A DNA stretch of 32,000 nucleotides from Fastidiosibacter lacustris (GTDB lineage: Bacteria > Pseudomonadota > Gammaproteobacteria > Francisellales > Francisellaceae), in NCBI RefSeq assembly GCF_003428155.1, contig NZ_QLIR01000005.1, positions 1-32,000 on the forward strand. The letters run 5' to 3'. Each line of letters starts with the position of its first letter. Positions within the stretch are counted from its first letter, which is position 1. Under the pieces are notes generated by a model. It saw only the letters and a list, made by a program, of their open reading frames with translations. It made no database searches and had not been told where the DNA came from. Below, in pieces: positions 18,407 to 30,070 of the stretch. The translations under genes and the position numbers were made by a program.

Positions 18407-20197
18407 TTAATTATTCTTTTTTAGAACAGATAAAAATGCTTCTTGAGGTACTTCAACATTACCAACTTGTTTCATACGTTTTTTACCTGCTTTTTGTTTT
18501 TCCAGCAGTTTACGTTTGCGTGAAACGTCACCACCATAACATTTTGCTAAAACATTTTTACGCATGGCTTTAACTGTACTTCTTGCAATAATAGTGCCAC
18601 CGATTGCTGCTTGAATCGCGACTTCGAACATCTGCCTTGGAATAAGTTCTTTTAAACGCTCAACAAGTTCTCGTCCTTTATATACGGCTTGATCTTTATG
18701 AACAATGCTTGCAAGGGCATCAACTTTCTCACCATTGATTAAAATATCTAATAGCACCATGTTAGCAGCTTGATAACGTTGTAGCTCATAATCTAAAGAG
18801 GCATAGCCACGACTGACTGATTTTAAACGATCAAAAAAGTCAGATACCACCTCAATCATTGGAATGTCGTAAATGATTGAGACTTGTCTACCCATATAGT
18901 TTAGACTAACTTGGACACCACGTTTTTCAACACAAAGTGTGATAATAGTGCCTACATATTCTTGTGGAACCAAGATAGATGCGCGGACAATTGGTTCACG
19001 CACTTCGGCAATCGCAGATGGTTCAGGGAGTTTTGCAGGATTATCGACGTCAACTTCGGTCCCATTTTTAAGTGTGACTTTATAAATAACCGTAGGTGCA
19101 GATGTGATTAAATCAAGGTCATATTCGCGTTCTAAGCGCTCTTGAATAATCTCCATGTGTAAAAGACCCAAGAAGCCACAACGAAAACCAAAACCAAGTG
19201 CTTGAGAAACTTCTGGCTCAAAGAAAAGCGAAGCATCATTTAAACTCAATTTATCTAACGCTTCACGAAAAGCTTCAAAATCGTCAGCACTAATTGGAAA
19301 CATTCCTGCATAAACTTGTGGTTGAACTTTTTTAAAGCCAGGTACAGGTTTATCAGTTGGATTCTTAGCAAGCGTTAGTGTATCACCAACAGGGGCACCA
19401 TGAATGTCTTTAATACCTGCAACGATAAAGCCGACTTCTCCTGCTTTTAGAGTTTGAAGTTTGTGCATTTTAGGTGTAAATACACCAAGTTGATCAACTT
19501 GGTATACTTGACCTGTAGACATGACTTTTATTTTATCATTGAGTTCAAGTTGTCCATTTTTAATGCGGACAAGCGATACTACCCCCAGATAAGGGTCAAA
19601 CCAAGAATCAATAATAAGTGCTTGTAAAGGTGCGTTAATATCACCTTTTGGTGGGGGAATCTTGGCGATGATTGTTTCTAAAACAGCGGTGACACCTATC
19701 CCCGTTTTAGCGCTACAAGTGGTGGCACCTACTGCTTCAATGCCGATAATATCTTCAATTTCTTCACAAACACGTTCAGGTTCTGCCGAAGGTAGGTCAA
19801 CTTTATTTAGTACTGGAATTACTTCAAGGTTTTGTTCAATCGCAGTATAACAGTTAGCAACAGTTTGAGCTTCAACTCCTTGAGCTGCATCAACGACTAA
19901 TAATGCACCTTCACAAGCAGCAAGAGAGCGTGATACTTCATATGAAAAGTCCACATGTCCTGGTGTATCAATGAAGTTAAGTTGATATGTATTACCATCT
20001 TTTGCTGTGTAATTGAGGGTAACGCTTTGTGCTTTAATGGTAATACCACGTTCGCGTTCAATGTCCATAGAATCAAGCACTTGTTCTTTCATCTCACGCT
20101 CAGTCAAACCTTGGCAAATTTGGATAAAACGATCAGAAAGGGTTGATTTGCCATGATCAATATGGGCGATAATAGAAAAGTTACGAATATGCTGCAT
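18407..20197 (-). CDS. lepA: Elongation factor 4 (LepA)
   Basis: The reverse complement from 20197 reads ATGCAGCATATTCGTAAC = MQHIRN...[18 protein letters not shown]. The C-terminus VLKKNN* is the reverse complement at 18407. The track labels this '+', but the sequence shows minus. Confidence 0.97.
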   Translation of the reverse strand: MQHIRNFSIIAHIDHGKSTLSDRFIQICQGLTEREMKEQVLDSMDIERERGITIKAQSVTLNYTAKDGNTYQLNFIDTPGHVDFSYEVSRSLAACEGALLVVDAAQGVEAQTVANCYTAIEQNLEVIPVLNKVDLPSAEPERVCEEIEDIIGIEAVGATTCSAKTGIGVTAVLETIIAKIPPPKGDINAPLQALIIDSWFDPYLGVVSLVRIKNGQLELNDKIKVMSTGQVYQVDQLGVFTPKMHKLQTLKAGEVGFIVAGIKDIHGAPVGDTLTLAKNPTDKPVPGFKKVQPQVYAGMFPISADDFEAFREALDKLSLNDASLFFEPEVSQALGFGFRCGFLGLLHMEIIQERLEREYDLDLITSAPTVIYKVTLKNGTEVDVDNPAKLPEPSAIAEVREPIVRASILVPQEYVGTIITLCVEKRGVQVSLNYMGRQVSIIYDIPMIEVVSDFFDRLKSVSRGYASLDYELQRYQAANMVLLDILINGEKVDALASIVHKDQAVYKGRELVERLKELIPRQMFEVAIQAAIGGTIIARSTVKAMRKNVLAKCYGGDVSRKRKLLEKQKAGKKRMKQVGNVEVPQEAFLSVLKKNN

Positions 20198-20300
20198 GTG
20201 TATGTTTTAAGCTAAGTATCCTCATGTGAGGAGCATTATGCCGAAAAATTTTGATAAAAGGAATAAACTCTTGTTAGATGGGATATTTAAGTGTTTGAAC

Positions 20301-20894
20301 TTAACAGATTTCAATGAGTTTAAATTTTAGTTTTTCAAGCGCGCAAGCGCGATGACTGATACTATTTTTAATATGATTGTCTACTTCAGCCATCGTTTGA
20401 TGATAAGCGGGTAGGAGAAATATTGGGTTATAGCCAAAACCATTGTTGCCTTTCGGTGTGCAAGTAATAAAACCATCTACACGTCCCTCAGCAATAATAG
20501 GCATAGGATCATATTCGTGCATAACTAAAACAAGTACACATTGAAAATGTGCTTTACGTTTTTCGTCAGGAATGTGTTGCATTTCTTTTAATAGTTTATC
20601 GATATTCGCTTTATCATTACCATGTTGGGCATAGCGAGCAGAATAAATACCTGGTGCACCGTTTAAGGCATCAACACATAACCCAGAGTCATCTGCTAAC
20701 GTTGGCAGCTTAGTATAATACGAGCAATGACGTGCTTTTAGGATCGCGTTTTCAACAAAGCTTAAGCCTGTTTCTTTAGCATCGGGTATATTAAATTTCG
20801 TTTGGGGAATGACTTCTATACCTAAAGGATTTAATATTTCAGAGACTTCTTTTATTTTGCCTTTGTTGCTAGAGGCAAAAACAATTTTTTTCAT
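20301..20894 (-). CDS. rdgB: XTP/dITP diphosphatase (RdgB/HAM1 family)
   Basis: MKKIVFASSNKGKIKEVSEIL...LPTLADDSGLCVDALNGAPGIYSARYA. Internal ATG at 20894 is preferred over the 20936 start in the track. Confidence 0.9.
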   Translation of the reverse strand: MKKIVFASSNKGKIKEVSEILNPLGIEVIPQTKFNIPDAKETGLSFVENAILKARHCSYYTKLPTLADDSGLCVDALNGAPGIYSARYAQHGNDKANIDKLLKEMQHIPDEKRKAHFQCVLVLVMHEYDPMPIIAEGRVDGFITCTPKGNNGFGYNPIFLLPAYHQTMAEVDNHIKNSISHRACALEKLKFKLIEIC

Positions 20895-21051
20895 AAAATG
20901 CATTAAGTTTATAAGTTTGGATGGTGAGTTTATCATAGTTAAGGTAGCATAAGAAAAATTTATTTTTTAAGTAATAAGTTAATGATGAAAAATGAAGTAA
21001 AAACTTTTATTGCTTTAGTGAATACGATGAAATAATCAAAGGGAAAGAAAG

Positions 21052-21897
21052 ATGGTTAATGCAGAAATTTGTTTTCTAGGTGGTGGCAATATGGCAAGCA
21101 GCATTTTGTCAGCACTTATTGCTGATGGAATATCAGCTAAGTCGATTGTGGTAGTTGATAGGAATCAGAATAAGCTTGATTTTTTAAATCAACGTTTTCA
21201 TGTACAGACAACTCAAGATGCAGCGTATGCTGTGAAAAAAGCGGATATTATTTTATTGTGTGTCAAGCCTCAATCATTAAAAGAGCTTATTTTATCGATT
21301 AAGCCTGCCATTAATAGGCATAGTAGACCACTTTTTATTTCGATTGTAGCGGGGATTGTTTTAGCTCAAATAGAAAGCTGGTTATTAACGGAATATGCAA
21401 TTGTAAGAGGAATGCCTAATACCCCGGCGTTGATTGGTTGTGGTGCAACTGCGCTTTATGCGAATGTCCATGTATCGCGCCAACAAAAAGAAATGGCAGA
21501 ACAAATTTTAAGAAGAACCGGAGTAATCACGTGGGTTAATGAAGAAGCGTTAATTGATGTCGCAACAGCTATTTCAGGTTCCGGTCCTGCGTATTTTTTC
21601 TTAATGATGGAACATATGGTCAAAGCAGCAGTTGATCTAGGATTGTCTGAAAAGCAAGCAACGTTGTTGGTAACTCAAACGGCTTTTGGCGCAAGTAAAA
21701 TGGCGCTAGAAAGTGCGGTTTCATTGTCAACTTTACGTCATAATGTTACGTCAAAAGAAGGTGTGACAGCCGCAGCATTAAAGGCATTTGATGAATCTGG
21801 CTTTGAGAAAAGCATTAAGTTTGCAATACAAAAAAATCTGGAGCGCTCGCATGAACTATCTCAACAATTTGGTGCAGCGCTCACACATGAAAAGTAA
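21052..21897 (+). CDS. proC: Pyrroline-5-carboxylate reductase
   Basis: ICFLGGGNMASSILSALIADG..., IILLCVKPQ, AISGSGPAYFFLMMEHMVKAAVDLGL, LRHNVTSKEGVTAAAL. Confidence 0.93.
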   Translation: MVNAEICFLGGGNMASSILSALIADGISAKSIVVVDRNQNKLDFLNQRFHVQTTQDAAYAVKKADIILLCVKPQSLKELILSIKPAINRHSRPLFISIVAGIVLAQIESWLLTEYAIVRGMPNTPALIGCGATALYANVHVSRQQKEMAEQILRRTGVITWVNEEALIDVATAISGSGPAYFFLMMEHMVKAAVDLGLSEKQATLLVTQTAFGASKMALESAVSLSTLRHNVTSKEGVTAAALKAFDESGFEKSIKFAIQKNLERSHELSQQFGAALTHEK

Positions 21898-22054
21898 CGA
21901 TGTAAAAATAAATTGAATAATCTCTCTACATTGACCCCTGCGAGACTGTTTGCGTTTCTCTTGCAACGTATGTGAGGAAAAATAAATACTTAACTTATTT
22001 TGTATCGGTTACAAAATAGTAATTCATAAAAAATAAAATACTTGAGGAACACGT

Positions 22055-22618
22055 ATGACAAATGCTTTTATTAATATTGGTTTATTTTTGATTGAAGTTG
22101 TCTTTAGCTTATTTACCTATGCAGTGCTGTTACGTTTTTTTCTGCAATGGGTTAAGGCAGATTTCTATAATCCATTTTGTCAATTGATTATTCGTATTAC
22201 TAGTCCTTTGCTTAAGCCGTTGCGTCGTGTTATCCCTGGTTTTTTTGGCTTAGATTTTGCGGCAATTCTATTAGCCTACGTTGTAATATTTTTACAGTTG
22301 ATCTTAGTGCAAATGTTAGTAGATAAGTCATTTTATATTACATGGGCAGTCATTTGGGTGGTTGCATTCATTAAACTCATTTTAAACGTAATATGGCTGT
22401 ATATTATTTTGATTGTTATTCGCTCGATTGCGAGCTGGTTTAGTCATGCTTCTTATAATCCAATCCTCCTTGCCTTACATCAATTGACAGAGCCATTGTT
22501 GCGTAAAGCACGTCAAATCATTCCTCGAACTCAAAGTGGAATCGATTTTTCACCTACGTTGGTATTACTTATATTAATCTGTATTCAAATATTTATTTCA
22601 TCAATATTTAGTATGTAA
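22055..22618 (+). CDS. yggT: YggT family membrane protein (two YggT repeats)
   Basis: Duplicated motifs FLQWVKADFYNPFCQLIIRITSPLLKPLRRVIPG and WFSHASYNPILLALHQLTEPLLRKARQIIPRTQSGIDFSP. Located next to proC as commonly seen. Confidence 0.9.
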   Translation: MTNAFINIGLFLIEVVFSLFTYAVLLRFFLQWVKADFYNPFCQLIIRITSPLLKPLRRVIPGFFGLDFAAILLAYVVIFLQLILVQMLVDKSFYITWAVIWVVAFIKLILNVIWLYIILIVIRSIASWFSHASYNPILLALHQLTEPLLRKARQIIPRTQSGIDFSPTLVLLILICIQIFISSIFSM

Positions 22619-22628
22619 TAATAACAAT

Positions 22629-23234
22629 CTAGAATCCAACATGAAAGACTTTTCCGGTTTCGATGCCTGCAACTGATTTAAGGTAAGCAAGTGCAGCTTC
22701 ATCAGCGCTAATTGATTTAAAACCCGCAAAGAAAGAAGCATATTTATCTAGAGCTTCAGTGATTACAGTTGGGCTAACAGCATTAATGCGTGCTTTTTCT
22801 CTTAGCTCTAGGCTTGCTGCTTTAACATAACCCTCAATAGCAGCATTAACCATAGCAGCAGAACTACCAAGCGCAATCGGTTCATGGTTTAAAATCCCCG
22901 TTGTTAGTGTGAATGATCCCTCTTTTTTAATATACTTTAGACCTTCTTGTACAAGGTTAACCTGTCCCATTAGCTTGTTAGTTAAACCAAGCATAAAGTC
23001 GGCATAAGACATTTCTTGAATGGGTTTAAATGCTACTTTACCTGTTGTTGAGATTAAATCATCAAACGCTCCAATTACCTTATACATATTTCGGATAGAC
23101 TCAATATCACTAATATCAACACTTATTTGGGATGAACGTGAAATTGTAATAACCTGATATCCACTTGATGTGAGTTTTTTACAAACAGCATTACCAATTG
23201 TACCAGTAGCTCCAATAATAATAACTTTTTTCAT
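22629..23234 (-). CDS. Short-chain dehydrogenase/reductase family protein
   Basis: MKKVIIIGATGTIGNAVCKKLTSSGYQVITISRSS (reverse complement at 23234), SSAAMVNAAIEGYVKAASLEL. The track labels this '+', but the sequence shows minus. Confidence 0.88.
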   Translation of the reverse strand: MKKVIIIGATGTIGNAVCKKLTSSGYQVITISRSSQISVDISDIESIRNMYKVIGAFDDLISTTGKVAFKPIQEMSYADFMLGLTNKLMGQVNLVQEGLKYIKKEGSFTLTTGILNHEPIALGSSAAMVNAAIEGYVKAASLELREKARINAVSPTVITEALDKYASFFAGFKSISADEAALAYLKSVAGIETGKVFHVGF

Positions 23235-23314
23235 ACAATACCTTTATTTAATTTACTTACTTCAAAAAATGATACTATTTTGAGCTAAGTTCATGCCTTT
23301 CACAATGGATTTTA

Positions 23315-24229
23315 CTAATAGATCTCATTTTCATTATCATTGACTATATAGATCAACCAGGCATAAAAACATGTGACTTTATCAAGTTGGAATTTATCCG
23401 GTGAGCTACAAAAATAATAGCTTTTCTCACATGGAAACTTTTGAGGGGCAATATTAATATTTCTTGTCTTTAAATCTTGTTTAATTAATGCCTCGTGTGT
23501 TACAAAACAACCATAACCACTAGCAACTATATCAATTGCTTGAATCGTTGATGAAACATAGAGTCTTTCATTCTCAGCTGGCTCGGAAATCTGTATGTTA
23601 TGACAAAATCGCTGCCAATCCTCTTTACGCAATTCGTCATTGACGTATATAGGTTTATAGTGCTGAATCATTTCATGTTTCTTCTGGAATTGTGTAGATT
23701 TAGGGTAAATAAGAATCAACGCATCGTCCAATAGCTTCTTGCAAACATAATCTTGTGGTAACTGTTGAGTTGTAACATATACAATTTCACAGTCATAGTT
23801 TTTATTATAAAAGTTAGTCAAATTTTTGTGAGATGACATCGTAAGTTTAATAAGTGGGTATTTTTCTTCAAAATGTTTTAAGTTAGGTACAATTATTTTT
23901 GTCATAAAAGAAGATGGGAGATTAAGAACAAGCTGATTTTTTTGTTGTTTATTTTTGATATCTGTGTTGGCTTGATAAATGAGTTCAATCGCAGATTGAA
24001 TTTGTTGATAGTAATGCTCCCCTAACAATGTCAATGTAATCTCTTTACCGTTTTGACGATTAAATAATTTAATTCCTAAATAAGTTTCTAAGGTCTTTAT
24101 ATTTTGACTGACCGCAGAATGCGTGACACATAACTCTTGAGCTGCTTTGCTAAAACTTAGATGCTTCACGACACACAAAAAAACAGGTAACATTTTTAAT
24201 GGCATATAATGGATTTTGCTCAGCTCCAT
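23315..24229 (-). CDS. LysR-family transcriptional regulator
   Basis: MLPVFLCVVKHLSFSKAAQELCVTHSAVSQNIKTLETYLGIKLFNR: LysR HTH. Start CAT at 24227-24229 on the plus strand. The track labels this '+', but the sequence shows minus. Confidence 0.92.
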   Translation of the reverse strand: MELSKIHYMPLKMLPVFLCVVKHLSFSKAAQELCVTHSAVSQNIKTLETYLGIKLFNRQNGKEITLTLLGEHYYQQIQSAIELIYQANTDIKNKQQKNQLVLNLPSSFMTKIIVPNLKHFEEKYPLIKLTMSSHKNLTNFYNKNYDCEIVYVTTQQLPQDYVCKKLLDDALILIYPKSTQFQKKHEMIQHYKPIYVNDELRKEDWQRFCHNIQISEPAENERLYVSSTIQAIDIVASGYGCFVTHEALIKQDLKTRNINIAPQKFPCEKSYYFCSSPDKFQLDKVTCFYAWLIYIVNDNENEIY

Positions 24230-24331
24230 GTTAGCTCTTCTTACAACACTGTTAGGAATTATAAGTTTATCTTAGCTTTTACCAAAACTATAATCTAGCT
24301 CAGTAACCAAGCAAAATATACGGAGAACAAA

Positions 24332-24913
24332 ATGAAAAAAATACTATTGGTGATTGATTTTATTAATGATATTGTGCATGAAAATGGGAAATTAGGTACA
24401 AACTTTTCCCCCTTTTTGCAAAAATATGCGGTACTAGATCATGCTAATCAGGCAATCTCACATGCGCGCAAGCAAGATATTTTAATTGCTCATGTTAAAG
24501 TCGGTTTTAGTCGCAGTTATATTGAGTGCCCTCAGCATTCACCTATATTTGGTAATGCCAAAAAGTTTAGCGCTTTAATGCTTGACACTTGGGGAACTAA
24601 ATTTCACGAAAAAATTGATGTGCAAATACAAGATCACATATTAGTTAAGCATCGTATTAGCTCATTTTATAACACGGATCTGGAGTGTGTATTACGTGCT
24701 AATCAGATTGAGGAAATTATTATTACAGGGGTTTCAACAGATATGGCGGTAGAGCTTGCAGCACGAGAAGCCCATGATCGCGATTATATTGTCACTGTGT
24801 TAAAAGATGCTTGTGGTGCCCATAGCGAAGAAAAACATGAAGCATCGATCAATAACATATTAAGAATTGCTCAGGTGAAAACGATAGATGATTGGATAAG
24901 ATCGTCAAAATGA
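24332..24913 (+). CDS. Isochorismatase-like cysteine hydrolase family protein
   Basis: KKILLVIDFINDIVHENGKLG...ILVKHRISSFYNTDLECVLRANQIEEIIITGVSTDMAVELAAREAHDRDYIVTVLKDAC. Confidence 0.88.
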   Translation: MKKILLVIDFINDIVHENGKLGTNFSPFLQKYAVLDHANQAISHARKQDILIAHVKVGFSRSYIECPQHSPIFGNAKKFSALMLDTWGTKFHEKIDVQIQDHILVKHRISSFYNTDLECVLRANQIEEIIITGVSTDMAVELAAREAHDRDYIVTVLKDACGAHSEEKHEASINNILRIAQVKTIDDWIRSSK

Positions 24914-25920
24914 TCAATTTATGGTCTCATTTTATATACAGCACTTTAAATGTTAAAAAGTCATTGATCTGCTTCATTTCGATATTACCTAGCATGATAA
25001 TGGGTGGTTTGTCCCATAATCCATATTTCTTCTTAGCCAGTTTTTTTGCTATTAGTGCCCTTATGCCCTATGGCTTAAGCTTTTACAAAAAGCGCTATAT
25101 ATTTATGATGTTTACGCTGCTTTTTATTGGAAGCATATTAGGGGGCTACTTATTAAATAATGAACCTTATTATTTTTGGATAATTATTTTGGTTGTTAGT
25201 TTTTTATTAGGCTTTCTTGAGACAAATATTGGAACGCTTAAAAAATTAAGCGCGTGGACTTTTATTGGATTACTTTATGGGAGCTTTGAGCTACAACAAT
25301 ATTCCTTTGATATCACCTGGATAAACTATCTAAATCTATTTGTTTTAGGTTTAATCTGTATCACAACTTTTGTATATTCTGCCAAGATAAAGACAAAAAC
25401 GACTACGATAAATATCGTTTTAGTATTTAGCTGGCAAAACAGCATTCATTATTTTAAATATACCTTATATTTTATCATTGCACTGATCGTTTTTAGATTA
25501 GGACATGTATATGAACCACAGTGGTATCTTTGGTCTGGCTTATCCGTTTTGAATTTAAACACTGCTGATGCGACAATTAAAATTAAACACCGTATAAATG
25601 CTGGATCAACTGGTCTATTGATGGGTTTTCTCACCTTGAACTTACTACCAACAAATTTTTATATAAGCACAATAAGTTATATAGGAATTATGTTAAGCCT
25701 CATGTCATTTAAACTATATTCACATGGTTTTGGCTTACGCTGTTTTTTTATTGTTTTATTTGCAGCTAACCAAGGCTTAACAATAGGACAAATCAGATTT
25801 TATGACATTATTGCGGGGGGAGTTATTGGATTTCTTATGAGTCATCTTCTTGCTTATATAAATCAAAAAATGAGCGTTTTGTCTAAAAAAATCGAAAAGG
25901 TAAAATCTAAATGCACGTAA
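24910..25920 (+). CDS. FUSC-like (fusaric acid resistance-type) inner-membrane protein
   Basis: Multi-TM protein with a second-half segment EPQWYLWSGLSVLNLNTADATIKIKHRINAGSTGLLMGFL typical of the FUSC domain. Its ATG overlaps the upstream TGA (ATGA). Confidence 0.6.
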   Translation: MINLWSHFIYSTLNVKKSLICFISILPSMIMGGLSHNPYFFLASFFAISALMPYGLSFYKKRYIFMMFTLLFIGSILGGYLLNNEPYYFWIIILVVSFLLGFLETNIGTLKKLSAWTFIGLLYGSFELQQYSFDITWINYLNLFVLGLICITTFVYSAKIKTKTTTINIVLVFSWQNSIHYFKYTLYFIIALIVFRLGHVYEPQWYLWSGLSVLNLNTADATIKIKHRINAGSTGLLMGFLTLNLLPTNFYISTISYIGIMLSLMSFKLYSHGFGLRCFFIVLFAANQGLTIGQIRFYDIIAGGVIGFLMSHLLAYINQKMSVLSKKIEKVKSKCT

Positions 25921-26140
25921 GTACAATGAGCATTAACTTAGGTTGAAATTCAATCATATAAGAGAGTGTGAGGTATTTTACACTTGTGAGATTTGATGGT
26001 GTGTGAACTTTTTAAAGCCAATTAGTTTGAAGTGTGGAAGTAATTGATAGTCTCTATGTTAGAGATTCCTATTTCTGTAGTGGACTGAGTGTGATATAAT
26101 TCGCGCTAGTTTTTGTTTTAGTAAAAGCGTTTATATCTTT

Positions 26141-28774
26141 ATGACAACACAATTTGCCAATGAAGTTTTTCCCGTTAATATCGAGCAGGAATTAAAGCAA
26201 TCATACCTTGACTATGCGATGAGCGTTATTGTTGGGCGAGCATTACCAGATGTACGAGATGGTTTAAAGCCAGTGCATCGCCGTGTGCTTTATGCTATGA
26301 AAGACTTAGGTAATGATTTTAATAAACCTTATAAAAAATCGGCGCGTGTGGTTGGGGATGTTATTGGTAAATACCATCCACATGGTGATACAGCGGTTTA
26401 TGATACGATTGTACGTATGGCGCAGCCTTTTTCTTTACGTTATATGTTGGTAGATGGTCAAGGAAACTTTGGTTCCGTAGATGGTGATTCACCTGCAGCC
26501 ATGCGTTATACCGAAGTACGAATGTCGAGAATTGCACACTCTTTATTAATTGATATTGATAAGGAAACTGTTAATTTCTCACCTAACTACGATGAAACTG
26601 AGATGATTCCGGATGTGTTACCAACGCGCATTCCAAACTTGCTTGTTAATGGTTCATCTGGTATTGCAGTGGGAATGGCGACTAATATTCCACCTCATAA
26701 TTTAAAAGAAGTTATTGATGGCGTGATTGCGTTGATTGAAGATCCAGATTTGTCAATAGAAGAGCTCATGGAATATATTCCAGGACCAGACTTTCCGACA
26801 GGTGCTTATATTAATGGTAGAGTAGGGATTATCGAGGCATACAAAACAGGGCGTGGTCGCGTTATTATGCGAGCAAAAGCTTCTATTGAAACAGATAAGA
26901 AAACTGAACGTGAACAGATTATCGTGACTGAGATTCCTTATCAGGTCAACAAAGCGCGATTGGTTGAAAAAATTGCTGAGCTGGTTAAGGATAAAAAGAT
27001 AGAAGGCATTTCAGAGCTTCGTGATGAATCTGACAAAGATGGTATGCGTATTGTCATCGATGTTAAACGTGGAGAAGTTGCAGAAGTCTTGCTAAACAAC
27101 CTATATGCACAAACACAAATGCAACTGAGTTTTGGTGTTAACATGGTTGCTCTTGTTGATAAACAACCTAAACTTCTTAACTTAAAAGAAGTGATTGAGG
27201 CATTTATTAAGCATAGAAAAGAAGTTGTAACAAGGCGTACAATTTTTGAATTAAGAAAAGCAAGGGAGCGGGCACACATTTTAGAAGGGTTGGCAATTGC
27301 ATTATCAAATATCGATGAGATGATTGCCTTAATTAAAGCCTCAAAAACCCCATCTGAAGCAAAAGAAGCGCTTTTTGCGCGTTCTTGGTCAGGGAGTCTT
27401 GTGTTACAAATGCTACAAGGCGTTGATCAAAACTTATATCGAGTTGAAGGTTTAGCTTCACATTATGGATTACATAATGATGAATATTTCTTGTCAGCCA
27501 CACAAATCGATGCCATTTTGGAATTGCGTTTACATCGCTTAACTGGACTTGAACAGGATAAGATTTTAGATGAATTTAAAGAGTTACTGTTACGCATAGA
27601 AGAGTTCATTGCAATCTTAAAAGACATCAAGCGTCTGCTTGAAGTTATTTGTGAGGAGCTTCATGAAGTAAAAGAACAATTTGGTGATCAACGACGTTCT
27701 GAAATTATCGCCTCGCAGCTTGATTTAGGATATGAAGATTTAATTACAGAAGAACCAATGGTGGTGACGTTGTCTTATGATGGTTATATCAAAGCGCAGC
27801 CATTGAAGGATTATAATGCTCAAAAGCGTGGCGGGCGTGGTAAATCTTCAACACAAATCAAATCAGAAGATTTTGTATATAAATTGCAAATTGCATCCAC
27901 CCACGATACGATGTTGTGTTTTTCTAGCTCGGGTAAAATTTATTGGAGCAAGGTTTATGAGTTCCCACAAGCAGGTCGTGCGGCTAAAGGTAAACCAATT
28001 AATAATGTATTGCCGTTAGAACAAGGTGAGCGTATTACGGCGATGCTTGCTATATCTGAATATACCGAAGGTTGGCATGTTTTTATGGCAACTAAGCAAG
28101 CAACGGTAAAAAAAGTGGATTTGTCACTCTTCTCACGTCCACGTAAAGGAGGAATCTATGCTTTAACCTTGGATGAAGGAGATGAGTTATTACACGTGCA
28201 TTTAACGAATGGACAGCAAGAAATCATGATGTTCTCAGATGCAGGTAAAGTAATTCGATTTGATGAAGAAGAAGTACGCGCTATGGGTAGAACAGCGCGA
28301 GGTGTGCGTGGTATGCGTATTCAAGAAGGTCAATCGATTGTTGATGTAATTGTTACTAATCCTGATCAAGGTGTTGTCTTAACAGCAACAGAAAATGGTT
28401 ATGGTAAGCGCACATCTGTTTCAGAATATCGTAAAACTGCACGTGGTTCACAAGGTGTGATTTCAATTTCTACTTCTGAGCGAAATGGGCTAGTAGTTGC
28501 AGCTGGGCTTGTAGAAGAAAATAATGATATCATGTTGATGACAGATCAAGGGACGCTTATTCGTACACGTGTGTGCGAGGTAAGAGAAACAGGGCGCTCA
28601 GCACAAGGCGTACGTTTGATCAATTTAAAAGAGGGGGAAAAACTCGTATCTGTTCAAGTTGTAACTGAAGATGAACTTGAAGAAGAGTTGGAAATTAAAG
28701 TCGAAAATCATAGCGAGATTCCATTTATTGAGAATGACGAAACAAGTGAAAGTGATGACTCATCTATGGAGTAA
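26141..28774 (+). CDS. gyrA: DNA gyrase subunit A
   Basis: [46 protein letters not shown]...[36 protein letters not shown]. Confidence 0.98.
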   Translation: MTTQFANEVFPVNIEQELKQSYLDYAMSVIVGRALPDVRDGLKPVHRRVLYAMKDLGNDFNKPYKKSARVVGDVIGKYHPHGDTAVYDTIVRMAQPFSLRYMLVDGQGNFGSVDGDSPAAMRYTEVRMSRIAHSLLIDIDKETVNFSPNYDETEMIPDVLPTRIPNLLVNGSSGIAVGMATNIPPHNLKEVIDGVIALIEDPDLSIEELMEYIPGPDFPTGAYINGRVGIIEAYKTGRGRVIMRAKASIETDKKTEREQIIVTEIPYQVNKARLVEKIAELVKDKKIEGISELRDESDKDGMRIVIDVKRGEVAEVLLNNLYAQTQMQLSFGVNMVALVDKQPKLLNLKEVIEAFIKHRKEVVTRRTIFELRKARERAHILEGLAIALSNIDEMIALIKASKTPSEAKEALFARSWSGSLVLQMLQGVDQNLYRVEGLASHYGLHNDEYFLSATQIDAILELRLHRLTGLEQDKILDEFKELLLRIEEFIAILKDIKRLLEVICEELHEVKEQFGDQRRSEIIASQLDLGYEDLITEEPMVVTLSYDGYIKAQPLKDYNAQKRGGRGKSSTQIKSEDFVYKLQIASTHDTMLCFSSSGKIYWSKVYEFPQAGRAAKGKPINNVLPLEQGERITAMLAISEYTEGWHVFMATKQATVKKVDLSLFSRPRKGGIYALTLDEGDELLHVHLTNGQQEIMMFSDAGKVIRFDEEEVRAMGRTARGVRGMRIQEGQSIVDVIVTNPDQGVVLTATENGYGKRTSVSEYRKTARGSQGVISISTSERNGLVVAAGLVEENNDIMLMTDQGTLIRTRVCEVRETGRSAQGVRLINLKEGEKLVSVQVVTEDELEEELEIKVENHSEIPFIENDETSESDDSSME

Positions 28775-28777
28775 GTC

Positions 28778-29944
28778 GTGAAACGCATTACCATTTTAGG
28801 TGCAACCGGGTCAATTGGTGTAAATACACTTGAGATCATTGCAGATAATCCACATGATTTCACGGTTTACGCATTAACGGCGCATCAAAATATCAGTCTG
28901 CTTTATGAACAATGTTTGCAATTTAAACCGCGTTATGTTGTTCTTGCAAGTGCAGATTTAGCACAGACATTATCAGAAAAATTAAAGCAGACTGAAAGCA
29001 AAACGCGAGTTTTGTATGGAGAGTCTGCATTGATTGAAGTTGTCACTGCAGATGAAGTGGATGTTGTGATGGCAGCTATTGTTGGCATTGCAGGCTTAAA
29101 ACCCACTTATGCTGCGGTAGAAAAGGGTAAAACTATTTTGCTTGCCAATAAAGAAGCATTGGTTACAGCTGGTGAAATATTTATGGCGGCTGTTAAGCAT
29201 CACAATGCGATACTTTTGCCTGTTGATAGTGAACATAATGCTATTTTTCAATGTCTTCCTTGTGCGAACAAATACTATGATGATAAAGCTGTTTCACGCA
29301 TTATCTTAACTGCATCAGGAGGTCCATTTCGCGATAAGCTTTTGACCGAGCTTCAACATATCACCCCTGATCAAGCCTGTGCACATCCAAATTGGAAAAT
29401 GGGAAGAAAAATATCAGTTGACTCATCGACAATGATGAATAAAGCCTTGGAAGTTATTGAAGCGTATTGGCTTTTTGATGTGCCTTATAACAAGATTGAA
29501 GTACTTATTCATCCACAGAGTATTGTGCATTCTATGGTTGAGTATCATGATGGCAGTTTTTTGGCGCAAATGGGTTCACCTGATATGAAAACGCCTATTG
29601 CATACGCTATGTATTATCCCAATCGACATAAAATAAATGTGTCAAAACTAAATTTTGTTAAAAAACCGTTAAGCTTTGAAGCTTTGGATGGTGAGCGTTT
29701 TAGAGTAATTCCACTGGTATATGAAATTTTAAAGTATAAAAATTATTCGGCGACTATTACGTTAAACGCAGCGAATGAGGTACTTGTTAACGCTTTTTTG
29801 GCGGAAAAAATACAATATCTGCAAATTATCAAGTATATTGAACACACTTTAAAAATGTGTCATTTTGATTGTCCTAAAACAATAGACGATGTAATTAGAA
29901 TAGATCAAGATGTGCGTACATTCGTGAGAGATTTATTAAAGTGA
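28778..29944 (+). CDS. dxr: 1-deoxy-D-xylulose-5-phosphate reductoisomerase
   Basis: ITILGATGSIGVNTLEII..., LLANKEALVTAGEIF, LPVDSEHNAIFQ, LTASGGPFRD, HPNWKMGRKISVDSSTMMNK. GTG start. Confidence 0.97.
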   Translation: MKRITILGATGSIGVNTLEIIADNPHDFTVYALTAHQNISLLYEQCLQFKPRYVVLASADLAQTLSEKLKQTESKTRVLYGESALIEVVTADEVDVVMAAIVGIAGLKPTYAAVEKGKTILLANKEALVTAGEIFMAAVKHHNAILLPVDSEHNAIFQCLPCANKYYDDKAVSRIILTASGGPFRDKLLTELQHITPDQACAHPNWKMGRKISVDSSTMMNKALEVIEAYWLFDVPYNKIEVLIHPQSIVHSMVEYHDGSFLAQMGSPDMKTPIAYAMYYPNRHKINVSKLNFVKKPLSFEALDGERFRVIPLVYEILKYKNYSATITLNAANEVLVNAFLAEKIQYLQIIKYIEHTLKMCHFDCPKTIDDVIRIDQDVRTFVRDLLK

Positions 29945-30070
29945 GGGTAGTCCCATTATAAATAAGATACTTATATGGTTTAATGCCTCACTCGCTTTGC
30001 GCGTTTAAGCTAAGTAAAGCTTTAATGGGTAAAAGGTGCAAAAGTAAAGTAAAAATGAAGGAAGGTTAGC

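Noticed and set aside
18911-20146. Plus-strand ORFs 18911..19111, 19662..19850 and 19955..20146
   Set aside because: All are antisense shadows of lepA, which is truly on the minus strand.
26390-26392. Threonine at the GyrA QRDR position equivalent to E. coli Ser83 ([10 protein letters not shown])
   Set aside because: Thr is a natural wild-type residue here in several bacteria, so it cannot be called a quinolone-resistance mutation without the species wild type.
25449-28019. ORFs 25449..25634 (-), 26941..27279 (-) and 27816..28019 (+)
   Set aside because: Embedded in other frames of the FUSC-like gene and gyrA, with no independent support.
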